Assembly (NCBI GenBank): GCA_964505635.1
Contig: CAZDIP010000001.1
Span: 116,386 to 180,385 of the forward strand
From: an uncultured Candidatus Saccharibacteria bacterium
Lineage (GTDB): Bacteria; Patescibacteriota; Doudnabacteria; UBA920
Length of the DNA: 64,000 bases
Reading direction: 5' to 3'
Shown: piece by piece, positions 59,066 to 64,000 of the stretch
Numbering within the stretch: the stretch's first letter is position 1
How the letters are laid out: the number at the start of each line of letters is the position of its first letter
Notes under the pieces: generated by a model
What the model saw: only the letters and a program-made list of their open reading frames with translations
Databases searched by the model: none
What the model was told of the DNA's origin: nothing
Made by a program: the position numbers and the translations under genes

Positions 59066-60676
59066 ATGATTAATAAGCTCCGTGTTTGGGAGGCAAAATT
59101 TTCATTATCCAAAGCCGCTTTCATAGTTGGCTTTTTTGCGCTAACTTCAAGGTTTACCGGCCTAATTCGCGACCGTATGCTGGCCGGACGCTTTGGGGCA
59201 GGCGACACCTTAGACAGTTATTATGCCGCCTTCAGGTTGCCTGATTTTATTTTTAACTTGCTAATTTTGGGCACTCTTTCAGCCGCATTTGTGCCGGTAT
59301 TTACCGAGTGGCTTTATAAAGATAAAAAACATGCAAATAAAATCGCCAACACGGTTTTGAACTTTTCTTTTTTAAGCATGTCGGTTATTTGCGTTATTTT
59401 ATTTTTTAACGTGGAATGGCTGACCAAATTAATGGTCCCGGGTTTCAGCGGACAAAAATTCGCAGACACCGTTAACCTAACCCGCATTTTTTTACTTTCT
59501 CCCGTAATATTTACTTTGTCTAATTTTTTTTCCAGCTTGCTTAATGCCAACAAGCGCTTTTTAGTTTCCAGCTTTGCTCCTATTTTATATAACGGCGGCA
59601 TTATAGTTGGCATTCTTTTTTTGTATCCGCGCTATGGGCTTTTTGGCTTGGGCCTTGGGGTGATTCTAGGCGCCCTTTTACACCTTACCGCCCAAATCCT
59701 AGAAAGCCTTTCAACCGGATATTTTTGGCAACCCAATTTTGACACCGCCGATCCGGCAGTAAAAAAAATTGGCGCACTTTTCTTCCCGCGAATTTTTGGA
59801 ATAGATACATCGCAGCTCAGCCTATTAATTGGCTCAATAGTCGGATCTTATTTAAGTTCCGGTTCAATTGCGATTTTAAATTTGGCCAACAATCTTCAGG
59901 CAGTCCCTACTGGCATTTTCGGGGTATCTACGGCTTTGGCCAGCTTTCCCGTGCTTTCTGAAGATTACGCGAAAAAGGATACTATTGGTTTTGCAGAGAA
60001 TTTTTACCAAAGTTTGATGCAAATTCTATATTTTGTTTTGCCGATTTCAATTCTAATTTTTGTCTTTCGAGCCCATATTGTCCGAGTGGTTTATGGAAGC
60101 GGCGAATTTAATTGGGAAGATACTATTTTAACCTTTCAAACCCTGGGTGTTTTTGCATTTGGCCTGTTTAGCCAGGCAGCCATGCCGCTTTTATCACGAA
60201 CTTTTTATGCCCGCCAAAATACGAAAATTCCCGTAGTCGTAGGAGTGGCGTGCATGGCTTTAAACATTTTTCTTTCTTGGTTACTCGCCCCGTCTTTGGG
60301 AGTAGTGGGAATTGCGGCGGCTTTTTCCAGCGTCAGCATAATTAATGCTCTAATTTTATTTTTCATCCTAAGACATAAGCTCATTAAAAATTTTAACGTT
60401 GAAAAGCTGGGATGGAATTTCGACTCCCGATTATCGGGCTTCATTATTAAACTTATCTTATCTAGTATGGCCGCAGGCTCAACTGGCTACTTGATGTTAA
60501 ACTTGATTGAACCGATTTTAAATACTAAGACAGGTTTTGGAATTTTAATGCAAACAGGGGTTTCAGCAGCTGTCGCAACCTTAATTTTTGGTATTATTAG
60601 CCATTACTTACAAATTGAGCATACTAAAAAAACTATAAATTTCATTTTTAAATACTTAAAAATCTGGTCTTTATAA
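59066..60676 (+). CDS. murJ: lipid II flippase MurJ (MviN)
   Basis: SKAAFIVGFFALTSRFTGLIRDRMLAGRFGAGDTLDSYYAAFRLPDF. Confidence 0.8.
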   Translation: MINKLRVWEAKFSLSKAAFIVGFFALTSRFTGLIRDRMLAGRFGAGDTLDSYYAAFRLPDFIFNLLILGTLSAAFVPVFTEWLYKDKKHANKIANTVLNFSFLSMSVICVILFFNVEWLTKLMVPGFSGQKFADTVNLTRIFLLSPVIFTLSNFFSSLLNANKRFLVSSFAPILYNGGIIVGILFLYPRYGLFGLGLGVILGALLHLTAQILESLSTGYFWQPNFDTADPAVKKIGALFFPRIFGIDTSQLSLLIGSIVGSYLSSGSIAILNLANNLQAVPTGIFGVSTALASFPVLSEDYAKKDTIGFAENFYQSLMQILYFVLPISILIFVFRAHIVRVVYGSGEFNWEDTILTFQTLGVFAFGLFSQAAMPLLSRTFYARQNTKIPVVVGVACMALNIFLSWLLAPSLGVVGIAAAFSSVSIINALILFFILRHKLIKNFNVEKLGWNFDSRLSGFIIKLILSSMAAGSTGYLMLNLIEPILNTKTGFGILMQTGVSAAVATLIFGIISHYLQIEHTKKTINFIFKYLKIWSL

Positions 60677-60704
60677 GTTGACGTTTAACTGCTAAACTAA
60701 ACAA

Positions 60705-62501
60705 ATGACGCAGCAAAAAATTAGAAATTTTTGCATAATTGCCCATATTGACCACGGAAAAAGCACCTTGGCCGACAGGCTTTTGGAAATTACGCATACC
60801 GTACAAAAACGGCAGATGAAAGAACAGCTCCTAGACCAAATGGATTTGGAACGAGAGCGGGGAATTACCATAAAACTACAGCCGGTTAGAATGAACTATG
60901 TCTTGGACGACAACAGCGAATACATTCTAAACCTTATAGATACGCCGGGGCACGTTGATTTTACCTACGAGGTTTCGCGTTCGCTGGCCTGCTGTGAAGG
61001 CGCCATTTTGGTTGTTGACTCTACCCAGGGTATTGAAGCTCAAACATTGGCTAATGTATATCTGGCGCTTGAACACGACCTAACCATAATCCCGGTGGTA
61101 AATAAGATTGATTTGCCAAATTCGGACCGGCAAAAAACCGCGGAAGAACTAAAAAGCGCTTTCGGTTTTACGGACGAAGAAATTTTATATGCCAGCGGCA
61201 AAACCGGCGAAGGCGTTGAAGAAATAATAAAAGAAGTTATAAAACGGGTGCCGCCGCCAAAAGGCGACCCTGCCAAGCCGGTCACTGCTTTAATCTTTGA
61301 TTCAATTTATGACATCCATCGCGGGGTGGTGGCTTATGTAAGAGTTTTTGACGGTGAAATTTTTCCGCGTGAAAAAATTTATATGTTAGCCAGCCAGGCT
61401 CAGGGTGAAAGTTTAGAAGTGGGTTACTTTAAACCAAAAATGGAAAAATCGGCTGAAATTTTAACCGGCGAGGTGGGTTATATTGTTACGGGCTTAAGAG
61501 ATGTAAGCAAAGCCAGGGTAGGAGACACTATAACGCTTTTTGAAGGAAGGCAAACAGCAGCCGCCTTGCCGGGATATAAACAAATTAAACCCATGGTTTA
61601 CGCTACTATTTTTCCGGTTTCCGGCGATGACTACCCTGTCTTGCGCGATGCCATGGACAAGCTAAAGCTGAGCGACGCGGCATTGGAGTACGAACCCATA
61701 AACATCCCCAGCATCGGTTTTGGGTTTAGAACCGGCTTTTTGGGACTTTTGCATATGGACATAGTCCAGGAACGCTTAAGCCGGGAATATAATTTAGATC
61801 TGGTTTTAACCGCCCCTTCCGTAGCTTATCGCGTGGTAAAAACCGACAATACTGAAATGGTAATCCATAACCCGGCTGAACTGCCCGACCCGAGCGTAAT
61901 AAAAGAAATGTATGAACCCTGGATGCTGGTGAATATTTTAACGCCCACGGACTACATAGGTTCCATAATGGAAATAGCCACGCAAAGAAGAGCTATAAGC
62001 AAAGATATAAAATATATTTCCAAAGACAGGGTAGATATGTCTTTTGAGATGCCTTTGGCCAATATAATTTTAGATTTTTACGACAAGCTAAAATCTGTAT
62101 CTTCGGGCTACGCCAGCTTAAACTATGACTTCATACAAGAGCGCGTAGGGGATTTGGCCAAGGTGGATATTTTAGTGGCCGGAGAAAAAGTAGACGCCCT
62201 CTCCGCCATAATGCACCGCTCTTTTGCGGCAGAAGAAGGCAAAGAACTGGTGGCCAAACTTAAAGAATTAATCCCAAGACACCAGTTTGAAATCGCGCTT
62301 CAGGCAGCCATAGGAGGAAAAGTTATTGCCCGCGAAACCATTTCTGCCTTGCGCAAAGACGTGACCGGGTATTTGTATGGCGGTGACGTAACTAGAAAAA
62401 TGAAACTTTTAAATAAACAAAAAAAGGGTAAAAAAAGGATGAAAAAGATTGGGAAGGTAGATATTCCCCAAGAAGCCTTTTTGGCAGTGTTAAAAAAATA
62501 A
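60705..62501 (+). CDS. lepA: elongation factor 4 (LepA)
   Basis: IRNFCIIAHIDHGKSTLADRLLE, DTPGHVDF, NKIDLP. Confidence 0.9.
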   Translation: MTQQKIRNFCIIAHIDHGKSTLADRLLEITHTVQKRQMKEQLLDQMDLERERGITIKLQPVRMNYVLDDNSEYILNLIDTPGHVDFTYEVSRSLACCEGAILVVDSTQGIEAQTLANVYLALEHDLTIIPVVNKIDLPNSDRQKTAEELKSAFGFTDEEILYASGKTGEGVEEIIKEVIKRVPPPKGDPAKPVTALIFDSIYDIHRGVVAYVRVFDGEIFPREKIYMLASQAQGESLEVGYFKPKMEKSAEILTGEVGYIVTGLRDVSKARVGDTITLFEGRQTAAALPGYKQIKPMVYATIFPVSGDDYPVLRDAMDKLKLSDAALEYEPINIPSIGFGFRTGFLGLLHMDIVQERLSREYNLDLVLTAPSVAYRVVKTDNTEMVIHNPAELPDPSVIKEMYEPWMLVNILTPTDYIGSIMEIATQRRAISKDIKYISKDRVDMSFEMPLANIILDFYDKLKSVSSGYASLNYDFIQERVGDLAKVDILVAGEKVDALSAIMHRSFAAEEGKELVAKLKELIPRHQFEIALQAAIGGKVIARETISALRKDVTGYLYGGDVTRKMKLLNKQKKGKKRMKKIGKVDIPQEAFLAVLKK

Positions 62502-62550
62502 CGTCAGCCGTGTAACTTTAAATAAAAGTAATTATATAGAAGCTTTTCTA

Positions 62551-62583
62551 AAAAAATCACGGCCACCGAAAACTCAGTGGCCG
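62551..62583 (-). terminator. rho-independent terminator (CGGCCAC-N10-GTGGCCG then U-tract on minus strand)
   Basis: Read directly. It lies 3' of the minus-strand gene 62609..62896. Confidence 0.55.
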
Positions 62584-62608
62584 CAATGTCGCATACCTGG
62601 GCAGTGTG

Positions 62609-62896
62609 CTAGCTCACAAAATCCCGAGCGAAGATCGCCTGATGCTTAGGTGTCTGCAAATCCTCGCTGAACAACTTGAACTGATCTTCTCCCAACAGGC
62701 GAAGCACTTCGCCGGAGGTTATTTTTGTGGTTTTTACGAGCCCTTCAAGGTCTTCTTTGGGGTCACAATCTCCCGACCCCGATAGAGCCAGGCTGTCCAC
62801 CTGCGCGAGTACCTCGCACATTGGGATCATGGGGTCGTCCCCATAGAGTTCGGGGTGATCTTTAAAAAACTGACTCAGATTTTCCAGGTAAACCAT
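62609..62896 (-). CDS. small hypothetical protein (95 aa) encoded in a GC-rich island
   Basis: Strong SD (AAGGAGAGGG) 5 nt upstream of ATG. Starts MVYLENLSQFFKDHPELYGDDP. Composition is clearly more GC-rich than its flanks. No recognised family. The track start at 62929 is rejected. Confidence 0.45.
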   Translation of the reverse strand: MVYLENLSQFFKDHPELYGDDPMIPMCEVLAQVDSLALSGSGDCDPKEDLEGLVKTTKITSGEVLRLLGEDQFKLFSEDLQTPKHQAIFARDFVS

Positions 62897-62983
62897 GCAT
62901 GCCCTCTCCTTTTTTTTGACTGAAAACAAGTTAGATTAGCATAACACCAGTTATTTGGCAATATTTAAAATTTTAAATTTCCC

Positions 62984-63019
62984 TGTTTTTAAAGGCTCAC
63001 TACGTGTGAGCCTTTAAAA
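62984..63019. other. perfect 10-bp-stem hairpin AAAGGCTCAC-TACGT-GTGAGCCTTT flanked by T- and A-runs within a divergent intergenic region
   Basis: Read directly. Terminator-like, but located between divergently transcribed genes. Confidence 0.4.
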
Positions 63020-63115
63020 TTAACTATATTTAAGCCATATTATTTTCTATGACCCTAAAACATTTTTTGAGTCTATATCTTTACACAATATATTTATAGC
63101 AAGGAGCATGTCATT

Positions 63116-63167
63116 GCGAGCCATAGCGAAGCAATCCAATTAATCTAAGTTCTGCGAGCATCCAATT
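63116..63167 (+). promoter_or_regulatory. direct repeats GCGAGC(+12-nt insert)ATCCAATT and GCGAGCATCCAATT overlapping the -35 region of a TATAAT (63174..63179)
   Basis: Read directly. A candidate regulator-binding site for the + gene at 63273. Confidence 0.35.
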
Positions 63168-63272
63168 TTTTGCTATAATCAAAGCACAAATTTTATTACA
63201 TAAAAAAACCGAAATTATGCACCTATAAACTTATTTCAAAAGCAACATTAATAATCAACTAATATAAACTAA

Positions 63273-63884
63273 ATGGATTACAAACCAATTCTGGCAACAG
63301 TTGCAATTATCATAGGCTTCTTTTCTTACTTTATATACTTTAAAGGAATCTTTTATGGGCAAACCAAGCCTCATGTTTTTAGCTGGCTGGTTTGGGGCAT
63401 AATAAATTCAACCGCGTTTTTTGCTCAACTCGTAAAGGGGGCGGGCGCCGGAGCCTGGATTACGGCAGCCAACGCGTCTTTGTGCCTCGCCGTGGCCTGC
63501 GTGGCTTTGTTCAAGGGAGAAAAAAATATAACTTTTACCGACAAAGTTGCATTTTTTGCAGCTCTTGCCGGGATACTGGCTTGGGCATTGACCAAAAACC
63601 CTCTGACTGCCGTTGTTATTGCCTGCGTTGTGGACATTTTTGCCATATACCCAACTTTCCGAAAATCTTACTTTAAACCCTTTGAAGAAAACGCTCTATC
63701 CTTCAGTATTGACCTTATAAGATTTTTCCTGCAGCTTTTTGCTTTTGAAAGCTTTAATTTAACAACAGCCTTGTTTCCCATAACTATTTTGGTTAATGAC
63801 ACTTCACTGGTAACTATGATTCTAATAAGGCGGGCTATTTTAAAAAATAAAAATTTTAAAAATAAACAAGAGCCCGCGACATAA
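63273..63884 (+). CDS. hypothetical polytopic membrane protein
   Basis: Hydrophobic ORF with a Gly/Ala-rich helix (VKGAGAGAWITAANASLCLAVACVALF). No SD. Divergent from the GC-rich small gene. Confidence 0.4.
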   Translation: MDYKPILATVAIIIGFFSYFIYFKGIFYGQTKPHVFSWLVWGIINSTAFFAQLVKGAGAGAWITAANASLCLAVACVALFKGEKNITFTDKVAFFAALAGILAWALTKNPLTAVVIACVVDIFAIYPTFRKSYFKPFEENALSFSIDLIRFFLQLFAFESFNLTTALFPITILVNDTSLVTMILIRRAILKNKNFKNKQEPAT

Positions 63885-64000
63885 GTAGCGGGCTCAGCGG
63901 AAACTGACAACCTAAAGTGGGCTTAGTAGCCGTCTCCCGGTATTTTGTAACCCCTACTTATTTTTGCAAGAGTTAAAAGGTTGCGGGTGCAGCTTTCTAG

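Noticed and set aside
1-64000. Mobile elements, CRISPR arrays and tRNAs
   Set aside because: No transposase, integrase or recombinase ORF, no terminal inverted repeats flanking the GC-rich islands, no repeat-spacer arrays, and no tRNA-like cloverleaf were found by eye in intergenic regions.

Overview
This is an AT-rich (roughly one-third GC), gene-dense bacterial window, almost entirely on the + strand. It looks like a reduced Patescibacteria/CPR-type genome: Lys/Ser-rich N-terminal extensions on S9 and S11, a fragmented cell-wall (dcw) cluster, many glycosyltransferases, and a sigma-region-4 HTH protein. Identifiable content, in order:
- A surface-glycan locus (Wzx-like flippase, cytidylyltransferase, GT4/GT2 glycosyltransferases, Wzy-like polymerase, methyltransferase).
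- CtpA protease, a short AlaRS, Pgi.
- The infA-rpmJ-rpsM-rpsK-rpsD-rpoA-rplQ-rplM-rpsI ribosomal block; rpmJ is too short for the ORF track and was found by reading the sequence.
- A SIMPL protein and an RNase P RNA gene (rnpB) on the minus strand.
- A second glycan locus (polyprenyl-P sugar phosphotransferase plus three GT4 glycosyltransferases).
- Cell-wall genes murG, murC (flanked by patatin-like genes), murB, hpf.
- SecA, then a tight six-gene nucleotide-hydrolase operon (NUDIX, HD, NUDIX, small ORF, CYTH, Ham1).
- PepN, PgeF, SecDF.
- A terminator-insulated three-gene module: sigma4 plus HARE-HTH protein, membrane protein, soluble TraG/VirD4-like ATPase.
- trxA (minus), then more dcw genes (dac, mraY, a D-aminoacylase-family amidohydrolase, murD, ftsW, a large membrane-anchored protein, murJ) and lepA.
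No transposase, integrase, CRISPR array or tRNA was seen.
The strongest anomalies are compositional. Two self-contained GC-rich genes (33134..33946 on +, 62609..62896 on -) each carry their own SD, terminator and upstream repeats or palindromes. A GC-rich multi-hairpin intergenic element (31095..31279) sits upstream of murB. All of these contrast sharply with the AT-rich host sequence, which suggests foreign origin.
Products are inferred from motifs read by eye. No database search was run.
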